A stretch of DNA of 64,000 nt, taken from positions 128,001-192,000 of the forward strand of contig JALGVJ010000001.1 in NCBI GenBank assembly GCA_029838195.1, written 5' to 3'. Made by a program: the position numbers and the translations under genes. Shown here in pieces: positions 21,199 to 31,439 of the stretch (within the stretch, counting starts at the first letter, position 1; every line of letters starts with the position of its first letter). Source of the DNA: Promethearchaeota archaeon. Its GTDB lineage: Archaea > Asgardarchaeota > Lokiarchaeia > Sigyniarchaeales > SOKP01. The notes below the pieces were generated by a model, which saw only the letters and a list, made by a program, of their open reading frames with translations, did not search any database and was not told the DNA's origin.

Positions 21199-21373
21199 TT
21201 TTATATGAGGAAATTATTTTTTTTTTTAAAAGTTATGCCCCTCTTTATATTATGTAAATTAGTAAATTCAAGATGAGTTATTTTTCGCTTTATTAATTTT
21301 TTATAATAATAATAGATATTATTTAGAGGAAATAAGATATCTTGTTAATAAATTACGAATATTCATTTTATTA

Positions 21374-22171
21374 TTATTGCGTGTTTTTTTGAGCGATCAG
21401 TGCCGCTCCAATAGCTCCCGTGAACTGAGGTAGCTCCGGAACCACAATTTCAAATCCTAACTCCCTTTCTAAATATTTCTTTACCGCCACGTTCTTAGCA
21501 ACGCCGCCCGTGAAGACCAACTTAGGTTCGACTCCGATTCTTTTTGCCATTGCAGCTACACGACGGGCGATAGATTTATGAATGCCTGCTGCAATATTTT
21601 GCTTTGATTCCCCCCGGGCAAACAAACTAATTACTTCACTTTCGGCAAATACCGTGCAAGTAGAACTGATAGAGGAAGGATTGTTAGAACGTAGAGCTAA
21701 TGAACCTATATCCTCGATGAGGACATCTAGCGCATGAGCCATGACTTCCAAGAAGCGTCCTGTTCCCGCAGCGCATTTATCATTCATTTGGAAATCAATA
21801 ACGTTTCCCGTTTTTTGAGATATTAAAATGGCTTTTGAATCTTGCCCTCCAATATCTATGACAGAACGCACGTCAGGGAAAAAATATTGAGCTCCTCTAG
21901 CATGCGCCGTTATTTCCGTAATTCTATCATTTGCAATATCAATAGTATTTCTTCCATAGCCGGTTGACATGATATATACTTCAGATTTATTTATATTGTT
22001 CTTTTGGAGGATTTCTTCGAATAATTTCTTTCCTACTTTTTTGAAATCGTATGTAGATCGCTCAGCTTTATAATCCAATAATTTTCCATCACTAAATAAA
22101 ACGATTTTCGTAGCTAAAGACCCTATATCTAGTCCGATTGTATATGGTTTCAATTTAATCAATTTTTCCAC
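21374..22171 (-). CDS. Acyl-CoA dehydratase activase (ASKHA [4Fe-4S] ATPase, HgdC/BadF family)
   Basis: GLDIGS, STGYGR, EITAHARGA, DIGGQDSK, MNDKCAAGTGRFLE, STCTVFAESEVIS, TGGVAKN. Confidence 0.95.
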   Translation of the reverse strand: MEKLIKLKPYTIGLDIGSLATKIVLFSDGKLLDYKAERSTYDFKKVGKKLFEEILQKNNINKSEVYIMSTGYGRNTIDIANDRITEITAHARGAQYFFPDVRSVIDIGGQDSKAILISQKTGNVIDFQMNDKCAAGTGRFLEVMAHALDVLIEDIGSLALRSNNPSSISSTCTVFAESEVISLFARGESKQNIAAGIHKSIARRVAAMAKRIGVEPKLVFTGGVAKNVAVKKYLERELGFEIVVPELPQFTGAIGAALIAQKNTQ

Positions 22172-22258
22172 TATTTTTTTGATATAAAAAGGTGCAAATT
22201 GTAAAAATCTTATGATTTTTTTATAAAAATATCATTCTGAAACTTTCTTCAGCCGTTC

Positions 22259-22984
22259 TTATCCTAAGAGGAGGATTGAAATTAAGATCGTGAATAAAAA
22301 AGCCCCGATCATCTGAAGGGTGGTTTTTAAGATAGAAGTTTCCGAAATTTTTCCCAGAAATACACCAAGCAATATAATGCAACTAATAATAATAAAAAAA
22401 GAGCAAAGGAAGGTCATGAATGTAGCTTCCGAGATAAAAAAAAATGGAGTTAAAGGAATCAAACCTCCTAAAAAAGGTGCTCCTCCATTTATTAATGCGA
22501 CTATTTTTCCGGCAAACGATTCTGCCCTTTCATGGAGTGTTTTTATCTCTCTATTTTTTAGTTCATTCTTAGGGAGTTTAATTCGCTTTTTGCCTCTTTG
22601 TTCTTTAGGAGTTAGCATGGCTTTTTCTACTTCTTCTTGATAATTGATTGGTGGAGTAGATTTATTTTTATTGTTCGATTCATGTTTTCCCATCGCTTTT
22701 TTTAATTCAATATGAATTTTTTTTTGCTCTGCTCTCTCAGAAAGGTAAGATCCTGAAAATCCTGAGATGAACATGGAAATGCTGGTGCCTAACCCGGTAT
22801 AAATTATTAGGCTACTATCGATAAAAGGTTCTCCCGCTTTTAGAATGATTACAAAAAATCCTAACAAGATTCCTAAAATTGTTAACATGCCGTCATAAAA
22901 GTTGTTCACGAAATACCTACGAGAAATTGGCCACAAGTCAGAAATTCTAGCATAAATAGAGAAATTTTTAATTAGATTTTTTAT
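22259..22984 (-). CDS. VIT1/CCC1-family metal transporter; probable ATA start at 22984 (ORF track starts at TTG 22936)
   Basis: RRYFVNNFYDGMLT.LG, SG..GSYLSERAE, GAPFLGGLIPLTPF; frame open 16 codons upstream to ATA preceded by GAGGAG. Confidence 0.8.
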   Translation of the reverse strand: MKNLIKNFSIYARISDLWPISRRYFVNNFYDGMLTILGILLGFFVIILKAGEPFIDSSLIIYTGLGTSISMFISGFSGSYLSERAEQKKIHIELKKAMGKHESNNKNKSTPPINYQEEVEKAMLTPKEQRGKKRIKLPKNELKNREIKTLHERAESFAGKIVALINGGAPFLGGLIPLTPFFFISEATFMTFLCSFFIIISCIILLGVFLGKISETSILKTTLQMIGAFLFTILISILLLG

Positions 22985-23350
22985 TTTTTTTCTCCTCTAA
23001 TTGATAATTGGTGTTATACTATTCCCTAAATGGTGAATAAAAGTAGAAAAGCCCATTTTAATATTTTCGTTTTTAAAATACACTATTAATATTGATCATT
23101 AGATATTATTTCAATATAAAAAATATTTTTAGAAATTAAATAAATTCCCTTCTTCATGAAACTTTTCTTGAAAGAGATTCTCTATTTAATTGAACGGAAT
23201 TCATCAAATCAAGGTTTGTCGATCACTTTTTTCAGATTCAAACCTATTTTTTAATTTTTAAACCATGAGAAATTTCTTGAAGGGATTTTTAAAGTTCTTG
23301 AAGTATTTAAATTCGATTGTAAATCATTAAACGTTAAATTTCAAGAGAAT

Positions 23351-24076
23351 TTGTTTTCTTCTCTTAAACCTATATTTTTATTTCCGCGTTCATATATATA
23401 TTTTAACCTATTAAAAATTATGGATGAAGTGCACATGAGCCAAAAAGTAAAAGATCAAATTCTCACGATGTTAATCGAGCATTCAAGAATCATATATTCC
23501 GTTATAAGTGATATGGGTGTATATTACTCCGCTTGGGCGGAGGGAAATGAATCTAACGCGAAAAACATGGAAAAAAAGAAAAATAAGTTATATTTATCGG
23601 AAGAAGATGCCGATGTTATTAAAATTAAACTCATACAAGAGTTTTCTGAAGCTGGACCCCAAGGACTTGGAAATTATATTGCTTTAATATTACGAATGGA
23701 TAATACAATCAATTATCCTTTAGAATTCATTAATATTTTGAATAAAATTCCCGTTTCGGACGAAGTGAATGATGAAATAAAAAAGCAATATAGGAATTTA
23801 ATTAACAATATTCTCGAGATGGCCGATGTCTTGAGAACAACTATTAAAGCGTTACGGGATAATAGAGCCGAGGTCTTTAAAAATACCACGAAAATCCATG
23901 AAATTGAAAATACGGTGGATGGTATTTTTAGAGAGTTTTTAGATTATCTTTATGATAAAAAAGATTTAGACATTCGGCTACTGTTAAGAATACGAGATAG
24001 CATAAAGATTTTAGAAGATTTGGCAGATAATATTCATGACATAGCGGATTTTATCAGAATTTTGATTTATCAATAA
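23351..24076 (+). CDS. DUF47/PhoU-like phosphate-transport regulator
   Basis: SEEDADVIK, IHEIENTVDGIFR, LEDLADNIHDIAD helical pattern; true start probably MDEVH or MSQK. Confidence 0.75.
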   Translation: MFSSLKPIFLFPRSYIYFNLLKIMDEVHMSQKVKDQILTMLIEHSRIIYSVISDMGVYYSAWAEGNESNAKNMEKKKNKLYLSEEDADVIKIKLIQEFSEAGPQGLGNYIALILRMDNTINYPLEFINILNKIPVSDEVNDEIKKQYRNLINNILEMADVLRTTIKALRDNRAEVFKNTTKIHEIENTVDGIFREFLDYLYDKKDLDIRLLLRIRDSIKILEDLADNIHDIADFIRILIYQ

Positions 24077-24148
24077 TTTATCGTTCATGGCTTATATCTC
24101 TCACTATTCAAGCTTCTCCTTGCTCGTTTTATTAATAGATACCAAACC

Positions 24149-24757
24149 TTATGGTTTAAACCATTCAAAAAAGTAATAACTTTTTGTGTGAGGATTAGCA
24201 ATGACGAATTTCTTGCGGACCGATGTAGCCAAGCGACCAGCTCGTACTACATCAATTGCAGAGATTTTTGTTTGACTTCTATGAACGTGAACAATAAAAT
24301 GGGAATGTTCCAAACCAGGCCCTTTCTTGTACACCACAAAATCAGCTCCGAATTTCAATCCTGGTCGAGGCACGTATCCTTTTTTTCTTAAATCTTCGTA
24401 AATCATGTATTTTTCCTCAAATTTATCGTGAATCTTCTTGGCAATTTCGTAAAACTCTTCAGGAGTTAACTCTCTTTTTTGTTTTTCATCAAAAATGGAA
24501 ATTTCTCCTCTTTTTAATAAATAATATGCCTCTATTAAAGACAGCTCACTCGGTCTATTAAAAAACTCTAAGCGTGGTTTATTTATTCCAATAGGGCTTC
24601 CAAAAAAATTCATTTTCACGTAAAGAAAAGAAGCGTGAAGGGGATTAAATACCACTACCCTTCCATTAATCAATTTTGTAGGAATCTTCTCGGGTAAATC
24701 CTCCCTCTTAATATCATCTAAATTAATCTGTGAACTATCTTTTTCTTCCCTACTCAT
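24149..24757 (-). CDS. endA: tRNA-splicing endonuclease
   Basis: LSLIEAYYL, Y.DLRKKGY..RPGLKFGADF.VY..GPG.EHS, RLATSVRKK (Tyr/His/Lys triad). Confidence 0.93.
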   Translation of the reverse strand: MSREEKDSSQINLDDIKREDLPEKIPTKLINGRVVVFNPLHASFLYVKMNFFGSPIGINKPRLEFFNRPSELSLIEAYYLLKRGEISIFDEKQKRELTPEEFYEIAKKIHDKFEEKYMIYEDLRKKGYVPRPGLKFGADFVVYKKGPGLEHSHFIVHVHRSQTKISAIDVVRAGRLATSVRKKFVIANPHTKSYYFFEWFKP

Positions 24758-25103
24758 TGCTTAAAAAATATTTTCGAAATGTAAAATATTTTTTCAATTT
24801 TAAGAATCCAAGAAATAAAAGCAAAAAGCATAAAGGATTATATTGGTTAAATTGAGAATCATCGGGCCTAAATTTTTTAAATAAAAGTACTCATGATAAC
24901 GTCTTTTAATTGGGCTTATATAAATACCAAGCTCGTTTTCCGGAGATTTGGGCTGAATTTATTCGATATTAGCAATAAAATTTCATTGATACTAAAATGG
25001 AAATAAAAATATTTATTAATGCTGAAAAGAAAGTCAGAGAAAATTATTTATTGTAAAAAATTTATATTTTTATAAATAATAAATTGAATATATAAATATT
25101 AAA

Positions 25104-25985
25104 ATGATTAGACAGCCCGCCGTAGCAGGCCAGTTTTATCCCTATTCGAAATCGTCTCTATTGGAGTCATTAGAAAGCTGTTTTTTGGATAAAACTTATG
25201 GTCCAGAAAAACTACCTGCCTCTCAAGATTTAAATCAAAGAACGATAATAGGAGGAATATCTCCTCATGCGGGATACATGTATTCGGGAAGCGCAGCAGC
25301 CCATACATATTTTAATCTATTCAAGGAAAAAATTCCCGATACCGTTATTATTTTTGGAACCGATCATGTGGGATATGGTAGAATTGCGTTAATGAAAGAA
25401 GGTGCTTGGGAAACCCCTTTAGGAAAGATTAATATAGATACCGATGTAAGTAATGCTATTTTAAAGCAAAGTAGTGTCATCTTAGATGACTCTTCGGCAT
25501 TTTTAAGAAGTCCTTTTTCCCATGAACATAACATTGAAGTTCAATTACCTTTCATTCAATATTGTGCGGGAAATAAAGAGGTTCAATTTATTCCCATTAA
25601 AGTTTCTACGCATGATTTCAACAAATTAGAACAGATGGCTAAAGGTATAGCCGAAGCAGTAAAAAATCTAGACAAAGATATTGTTTTTGTAGCTTCCTCC
25701 GACATGACTCATAAAGAAATAAGAAATTCAGGACCAGATTTAGAGAAATTTAAACAATTGGATAAAGCTGTAATGGATGCTTTTCTCGAATTAGATCCTG
25801 AAAAAACGTTTAAAATGGCAAGAAAGACAACTGTTTGCGGGGCTCAAACCATTACTTCTCTAATATTGACTACTAAATTACTTGGTGGTACTAAGGCGGA
25901 GGTGTTAAAATATTATACGAGTCATGATAAGACCGGTTCTCTTGGATATTGTGTCGGCTATTTTTCAGGAATCATTTTGAAATGA
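25104..25985 (+). CDS. MEMO1 / AmmeMemoRadiSam system protein B
   Basis: RQPAVAGQFYP, SPHAGYMYSG, WETPLG, EHNIEVQLPF, ASSDMTH, VGY. Confidence 0.92.
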   Translation: MIRQPAVAGQFYPYSKSSLLESLESCFLDKTYGPEKLPASQDLNQRTIIGGISPHAGYMYSGSAAAHTYFNLFKEKIPDTVIIFGTDHVGYGRIALMKEGAWETPLGKINIDTDVSNAILKQSSVILDDSSAFLRSPFSHEHNIEVQLPFIQYCAGNKEVQFIPIKVSTHDFNKLEQMAKGIAEAVKNLDKDIVFVASSDMTHKEIRNSGPDLEKFKQLDKAVMDAFLELDPEKTFKMARKTTVCGAQTITSLILTTKLLGGTKAEVLKYYTSHDKTGSLGYCVGYFSGIILK

Positions 25986-26017
25986 ATTAATAATGAATAT
26001 TTAGAGGTTTATTTAAA

Positions 26018-26677
26018 ATGCCTGTTGAAAATGATGAAAACATGGATTTCATGACAGAATGGAAAAGAAAAAAAGAACAACAGCAAAATGCATTCAAGGC
26101 ACCCACGAAAAAAGGAGGAGATTCAAACGATAACACATTAGATGATGAGAAAGATTTCATGACCTTCTTTAAAAGTAAAAAAGAAAGAGAAAATAAAGGT
26201 TCTGCTATAGGAGAATTAATAAATAGGGTAAAAGAAGCAGAAGCTAAACAAAAATCACTTGAAATTCAAAATAAAGAATTAAAGAAAAAATTGGAATCAA
26301 ATCTTCAATTCATGGAAAAGGCAGAAAAACTCATTCAAACAGCAACCAGTGCAGAAGAACGATTAAGAAACGAACTTGAAACATTTAAAAAAGAAAATGA
26401 AGGGCTTAAAAAAGAATTAGGCCAAAAAACTGCGATATTGAACGAATTTGAGGATAAAATAAAAGATATAGAAATCAAGATTAAAATGTATTCCACGAAA
26501 ATCAATGAATTAACAGCAGAAAATAATGCTTTAAAGCAAATGATGGTAAAACAAGGTAAAGAAATTACTAGTAGTGAAGATGGAACTCTTGTAATTCAAT
26601 TAAAAAATGAAATTAAGGAGCTTAAAAGAATTATCGAAGAAAAAGATAAAATAATCGGAGAATTGATGAACATTTAA
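26018..26677 (+). CDS. Coiled-coil protein with duplicated N-terminal motif
   Basis: Long K/E heptad region; DFMTEWKRKKE and DFMTFFKSKKE repeats. Confidence 0.75.
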   Translation: MPVENDENMDFMTEWKRKKEQQQNAFKAPTKKGGDSNDNTLDDEKDFMTFFKSKKERENKGSAIGELINRVKEAEAKQKSLEIQNKELKKKLESNLQFMEKAEKLIQTATSAEERLRNELETFKKENEGLKKELGQKTAILNEFEDKIKDIEIKIKMYSTKINELTAENNALKQMMVKQGKEITSSEDGTLVIQLKNEIKELKRIIEEKDKIIGELMNI

Positions 26678-26832
26678 AACTTTTACTATAGAAGTTAAAC
26701 GGAATAAAATATTTAACCAATAAAGATTTTTTCAAGATATAAATTGGAATCTTTTTATCATCTAATCTAACTTACTTCCCTTTCTTTAGACGATATATTT
26801 AACTCCGAATTACAAATAATGGAGAAAGTAAA

Positions 26833-27819
26833 ATGAGTCATAATGAAAAAAGGAAATTAAAAATTTTTTTCGCCGGTCATTTTGCGGTGGATACTGTTAT
26901 CCGATATAATCAAGAATTTTCACCTTCGCTTGGAGGGAGCGTGGCCTATTGTTCTTTATCCTTACAAAAATATGCGAATGATGTTGATATCGCAATCATT
27001 TCAAACCTAGGAATGGTAAATTTTGATGATAAATTATTAGAAGAATTTGGCAATGGTTCTGGAATAGATATATCGGGAATAAAAAAATTCCAAAAAAGAA
27101 ACACGAATTTCGTATTGGATTACACGAATCATTCCCGTAGCTTGACTCTACGATCAAAAAGTCCTAATCTTAAATTTAAAGACATACCAAAATCTCATAT
27201 CGAGCATCCTCCCGATGCTTTAGTATTTGTTCCTTTATGTAATGAAATTTCTCTTCAATATATTCGGAAAGCCATTCGAGCTTTTCCCAATGCTTATTTT
27301 GGAGTCGATTTACAAGGTTTTATACGCTCCTTTGATACTAAAGGAAAAGTGCAATTAATACGGGAAAAACGCTTATTAAAAAAAATGGATAGAATTATTC
27401 GATTAATCGGAGAAAGATTAATTCTAAAAGGCTCCGAAGAAGAAATGAAATTTCTCACGGGATTAAAGGATTTAAATGAAATCATGAATTACTTCCGAAA
27501 ATATAAAGGATTATTTATCATGACACTGGGAGAAAAAGGCTCTTTAATTGTAAAAGGAAATAATGACGTCATAAAAATTCCCGCTTTCAAGGCAGACAAG
27601 GTAGAAGATGAAACGGGCGCAGGAGATGTGTATTTTGCAATTTTTCTATACGAATTTCTAAACTCAGATAAATCCTGGGAAGCCATAAAAAAAGCAGGCA
27701 TGCTAGCCTCTGTAGCAGCCTCTTTTGAAGTAGAAAGGAAAGGCCCTCGCGGATTCAAGCCCAGAGAACTGGTTTTAGAGCGATTAAAGCAAAATGTAAT
27801 TATAGAAGACTCGAGTTGA
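26833..27819 (+). CDS. PfkB/ribokinase-family carbohydrate kinase
   Basis: GGSVAY, DLQGFIR, KGSEEE, TLGEKGS, DETGAGD anion-hole motif. Confidence 0.92.
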   Translation: MSHNEKRKLKIFFAGHFAVDTVIRYNQEFSPSLGGSVAYCSLSLQKYANDVDIAIISNLGMVNFDDKLLEEFGNGSGIDISGIKKFQKRNTNFVLDYTNHSRSLTLRSKSPNLKFKDIPKSHIEHPPDALVFVPLCNEISLQYIRKAIRAFPNAYFGVDLQGFIRSFDTKGKVQLIREKRLLKKMDRIIRLIGERLILKGSEEEMKFLTGLKDLNEIMNYFRKYKGLFIMTLGEKGSLIVKGNNDVIKIPAFKADKVEDETGAGDVYFAIFLYEFLNSDKSWEAIKKAGMLASVAASFEVERKGPRGFKPRELVLERLKQNVIIEDSS

Positions 27820-27825
27820 TTTACC

Positions 27826-28425
27826 ATTCACATCAACACGCACCTTGCCGTTGGAATCATCATTGCTTCAATATTTCTTAATTTTTTTAAGCTCACGTTT
27901 TTTGAATTCCTTCTTATAGTACTATCTTCTTTTATATTAGATCTTGATGTATTTTTCTCTAAACTTGCCGAAAATCACAATCATCGCATGCTCATCACTC
28001 ACTCTATTATTCCAAGCCTGATTGTTTCTCTACTCGGAATTATATTTCTTTATCCCGCTTTAATTTTAGCAGGCTTTTGCTTATTTTTGCATGTATTTAT
28101 TGATACTTTTGATTGGGGAACAAATTTTTTCTTTTTCCCTAAAAAAATATGGGGTCTAAAATTTTTAATTTCTAAAGAAGAATTTTTAAATTTTAAACGA
28201 TTAATAGCGCAATATAATCATCCCGCAGCATTTTTTGATTTTAAATATTATGCCAATAAGACTTGTCTGGCAATAGAAATAATCATTTTTATTGGCATGG
28301 TATTCTCTTTATTTCTTTTTGCTCGACAATATCTTTATTTCATTTTATTCTATTTTCTTTTTCTCCTATTTCATCTCTATCGTCATTACAAGCTCAAAAA
28401 CTTACAGGAAAGGAAAACCAAATAA
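27826..28425 (+). CDS. YdjM-like membrane metal-dependent hydrolase; probable ATT start at 27826
   Basis: Frame open from 27820: (F-T)-I-H-I-N-T-H-L-A-V-G...DLD...NHRMLITHS...HVFIDTF, matching the TH / DxD / HRxxTHS / HxxxD family motifs; the ORF-track start at 27988 cuts off the first three motifs. Confidence 0.78.
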   Translation: MHINTHLAVGIIIASIFLNFFKLTFFEFLLIVLSSFILDLDVFFSKLAENHNHRMLITHSIIPSLIVSLLGIIFLYPALILAGFCLFLHVFIDTFDWGTNFFFFPKKIWGLKFLISKEEFLNFKRLIAQYNHPAAFFDFKYYANKTCLAIEIIIFIGMVFSLFLFARQYLYFILFYFLFLLFHLYRHYKLKNLQERKTK

Positions 28426-28720
28426 ATCGAGACAATTAAAAAAACATCAAAATAAAAACTAATAAAAAAAAAATTTGGTAATTATTTTCCATATTGGATG
28501 AATAATGCCTCCAAAAATGCACAAATTATTAAATAAATTAAATTTGAAATAAAACAAGGATTCTGGAATTATTTAAACTATAAAAATACTATTTAAACAA
28601 GCTCGATTCCAATTCAATTTATAAAATTGATGAAATAATATTCATGCTCAACACCGCCTCTGGCAAATCTTCAAGGAAATTAAAAAAAATTATGGGATTA
28701 AATTAAATAAAAAAAATGAA

Positions 28721-28990
28721 TTATACTTCTTCTTCCTCCTCCTCTCCTCCCTCTTCCTCCCAATCTTCATCATCTACTCTCGGAACAATGAAAAACATGA
28801 GTTGGCAAGTTCCGAGTTTCTTGAACTCCATAATGACCTTGAGCGGATGCTCTTCCTTTATGTGAAAAGCTATTTCCTCCTTTTTGTCCAAGGGAAGCAA
28901 AAGCTTATCCAAAAGCAAGAGATACTCCTTGCTAAAAAAACATTGACATTGAATTCTTTTCGGGGTGATGAGGGTTGGTTGGACATTGAT
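28721..28990 (-). pseudogene. Orphan C-terminal fragment of a PCNA/sliding-clamp-like gene
   Basis: QCQCFFSKEYL...EEIAFHIKEEHPLKVIMEFKKLGTCQLMFFIVPRV plus acidic tail; in-frame stop at about 28996, so about two thirds of the clamp is absent. Confidence 0.65.
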
Positions 28991-29103
28991 ATTTTAACAT
29001 TTTTTTATATATTTTTATGTAAGGAAGGAATAAAAAATTTTGGGAGAGAAACAATTTTTTCTTTATTACAAATATTATTAGAGGGTATTTTTAAGTTTAT
29101 AAT

Positions 29104-29658
29104 TTAGCTTGGTTTTTTCATCAATTTGTCTGGAGGAATAGGTATCAAATCAAATACCGTCATGCCGGCCAACTTGAATTTTTCGGGATAATCGTACGCA
29201 AAACCTTGTAAGGTTGCCAAGGGATTATTTTGACACCCTTCAATGCACAAAAGCTCCTTTCCTTTTACAATTTTTACATCTTCAGGAAATTCTGGTAATA
29301 AATTCCATTCGTATTTTTCTTTAAACTCATCCAATCTTTTCCCGATAACGTTGATTTTATTCAGATCTCCTTCTCCCAATCCCCGTTCATGGGCGATTTT
29401 TAAATGTGGCACCTCATTAAGGGTTAAGCCAAACACTCTTGCTCCTACGACATCGACAGCAACAGTATCTCTTCCACCAATAAGAATATTGAACTTTTTA
29501 ACAAGTCGGTCTGCAAAAGCTGTAGGAGGGTAATGCCCATGGATGGTCCCTTCAATTCCATCGATGATTGTAATATCAGGCCGAATATATTCATAAACAT
29601 CCACGATTTTAGAGTGCAAATTGAAATTATGTGTTTTTAAATTCTCTAATCCACGCAA
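29104..29658 (-). pseudogene. N-terminally truncated DUF362 (Fe-S) family gene
   Basis: LH.KIVDVY..IRPDITIIDG.EG..G..P, IGGRDTVAVD.VGARVFG....EVPHL..A.ERGLG; lacks the N-terminal KPN and KxH/KN portions of DUF362. Confidence 0.65.
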
Positions 29659-29729
29659 ACCAACTGCATGATTTAATCATTTATGAATGAAAAAAATTTA
29701 AATCATGATATTTTTTTATGAAAATATAA

Positions 29730-30242
29730 TTGAAAAATACACTCACCTGGGAGGAGATAAAGAAATTGTCATCAAATAGACAAGAACATAAAACAAAAGT
29801 GGGTCTAAAATTAACGGAAGTTGAATCTCAAATGATATTTAAATGTGATATGGGAAATATTAAGGTAAATGATTGCTATATTGATGAAGAACAGGATAGT
29901 GAAAGTGAAAAGATAGGACCGAATCCCTCCAGACTGCTTGCCCTTGCCGTATTGGGATGTTTAAGTGCAAGCTTTATTTTTTGCCTCAAGAAAAAAAATT
30001 TTAGAGTAGAGGATTTTGATGCTGAAGCAGAGATTATCATTAAACATAATCCTAAGGGTTTTTGGAGAGTACAACAAATCGATGTGAATATTAATCCTAA
30101 AATTGAAGACGCTAACGCCTTGAAAAGGGCAAAACAATGCTTGAAAACTCTATCTGACGATATCAGCTTTTTCGAACAATATTGCATAGTGACTCAATCA
30201 GTTAGAGAAGGAGTTAAAGTAAACGTGAATGTAAATGTTTAA
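29730..30242 (+). CDS. OsmC/Ohr-family protein
   Basis: DE......GPNPSRLLALAVLGCLSAS and YCIVTQSV two-Cys motifs; likely start at TTG (MSSNRQ) after GGAGG. Confidence 0.85.
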   Translation: MKNTLTWEEIKKLSSNRQEHKTKVGLKLTEVESQMIFKCDMGNIKVNDCYIDEEQDSESEKIGPNPSRLLALAVLGCLSASFIFCLKKKNFRVEDFDAEAEIIIKHNPKGFWRVQQIDVNINPKIEDANALKRAKQCLKTLSDDISFFEQYCIVTQSVREGVKVNVNVNV

Positions 30243-30330
30243 CTGCCAGCTTTCTCAAATTCTTATTTTTTAGTTAATATTAAATCTTTGTTAAAAATTC
30301 TATTTGAATGAAAGGTATCCCTTAATAAAT

Positions 30331-31332
30331 TTAATCTCTAATTCCATCTTCCGTAATAGAGAAGACAGCTTCTTCTTCAGGCAAATGTGGCGCATCTACT
30401 ACGCGGGCAATTCTCTGTTCTCCTTTTCCTTTGCGTAAATATAATCGAATGGTCGATCCATGAGCAATAATATGTCCACCCGTATGTATAATGGGGTTTC
30501 CATAAAACATATCCGGCTTTGCTGATACTTGATTCGTGAACACTACCGCCAGCTCATCGTAAGACTCCGATAATCGTATTAAATCATGAATGTGACTATT
30601 GAGAAGCTGTTGCCGGTTAGCCAATGTTCCCCTTCCAATGTATTCACTACGAAAATGCGTGATTATTGAATCTACCACTAAAAGCTTGACATTTTTTTCC
30701 TCAATAAATCGCGCGGCTTCTCTAGCTAAGAGAATTTGATGATCACTATTATAAGCTCTTCCCACGATAATATTTTTCAAAACGGTATTATAATCCATGT
30801 CCCGTGCTTCAGCCATTTGAATAATTCTTTCGGGCCTAAACGTACCTTCTGTATCTATGTAGATAGCTGAGCCTTCAAGACCTCCATTTTCATGATCTAA
30901 TTGGACATTCACGCATAATTGATGTGTAATTTGCGTTTTTCCGGTTCTAAACTCTCCAAAAATCTCCGTCACGGCTCCCGTTTCTATTCCGCCACCTAAT
31001 AGTTCATCAAAATTCGCACTTCCGGTAGTAATCCTTCTTAATTGCTTCCTTTTTTCCCAAACAGCCGAAGCAGATTTAAATCCCATGCTTTCTATTTCTT
31101 GCGCTGCTTTTACCAATTTATAAGCGGTTTTCTCTCCTAATCCCACATCTTCAACTAATCTTGTTATCGGATATAACGCTAATTCCTTTATGGATGAAAT
31201 CCCCGCATCCATTAACTTTTTTTTCGTAGCATCGCCTACTCCTGGCAAATCTATTAGGCTCATAGATTTCTTCCTTTCATCCTCTTTTTGATCATCCACA
31301 GATACCTTCTCTTCATTCTTTTTTTTTGCCAT
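30331..31332 (-). CDS. radA: DNA repair and recombination protein RadA
   Basis: N-terminal HhH LPGVG, polymerisation motif [50 protein letters not shown]. Confidence 0.97.
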   Translation of the reverse strand: MAKKKNEEKVSVDDQKEDERKKSMSLIDLPGVGDATKKKLMDAGISSIKELALYPITRLVEDVGLGEKTAYKLVKAAQEIESMGFKSASAVWEKRKQLRRITTGSANFDELLGGGIETGAVTEIFGEFRTGKTQITHQLCVNVQLDHENGGLEGSAIYIDTEGTFRPERIIQMAEARDMDYNTVLKNIIVGRAYNSDHQILLAREAARFIEEKNVKLLVVDSIITHFRSEYIGRGTLANRQQLLNSHIHDLIRLSESYDELAVVFTNQVSAKPDMFYGNPIIHTGGHIIAHGSTIRLYLRKGKGEQRIARVVDAPHLPEEEAVFSITEDGIRD

Positions 31333-31439
31333 GTGTTTTGAATTTCACCAATTTGTTCTGTAATTAATTATAGAAAATCATTATTAAAAAAAATAGAATA
31401 TAAATAAAAATAATGGATTTAGGTTTTTTCAGCTTAAAA

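Noticed and set aside
27817-27819. Selenocysteine at the pfkB TGA
   Set aside because: Position is an interdomain boundary with no Cys-equivalent context and no SECIS recognised; ATT initiation is simpler
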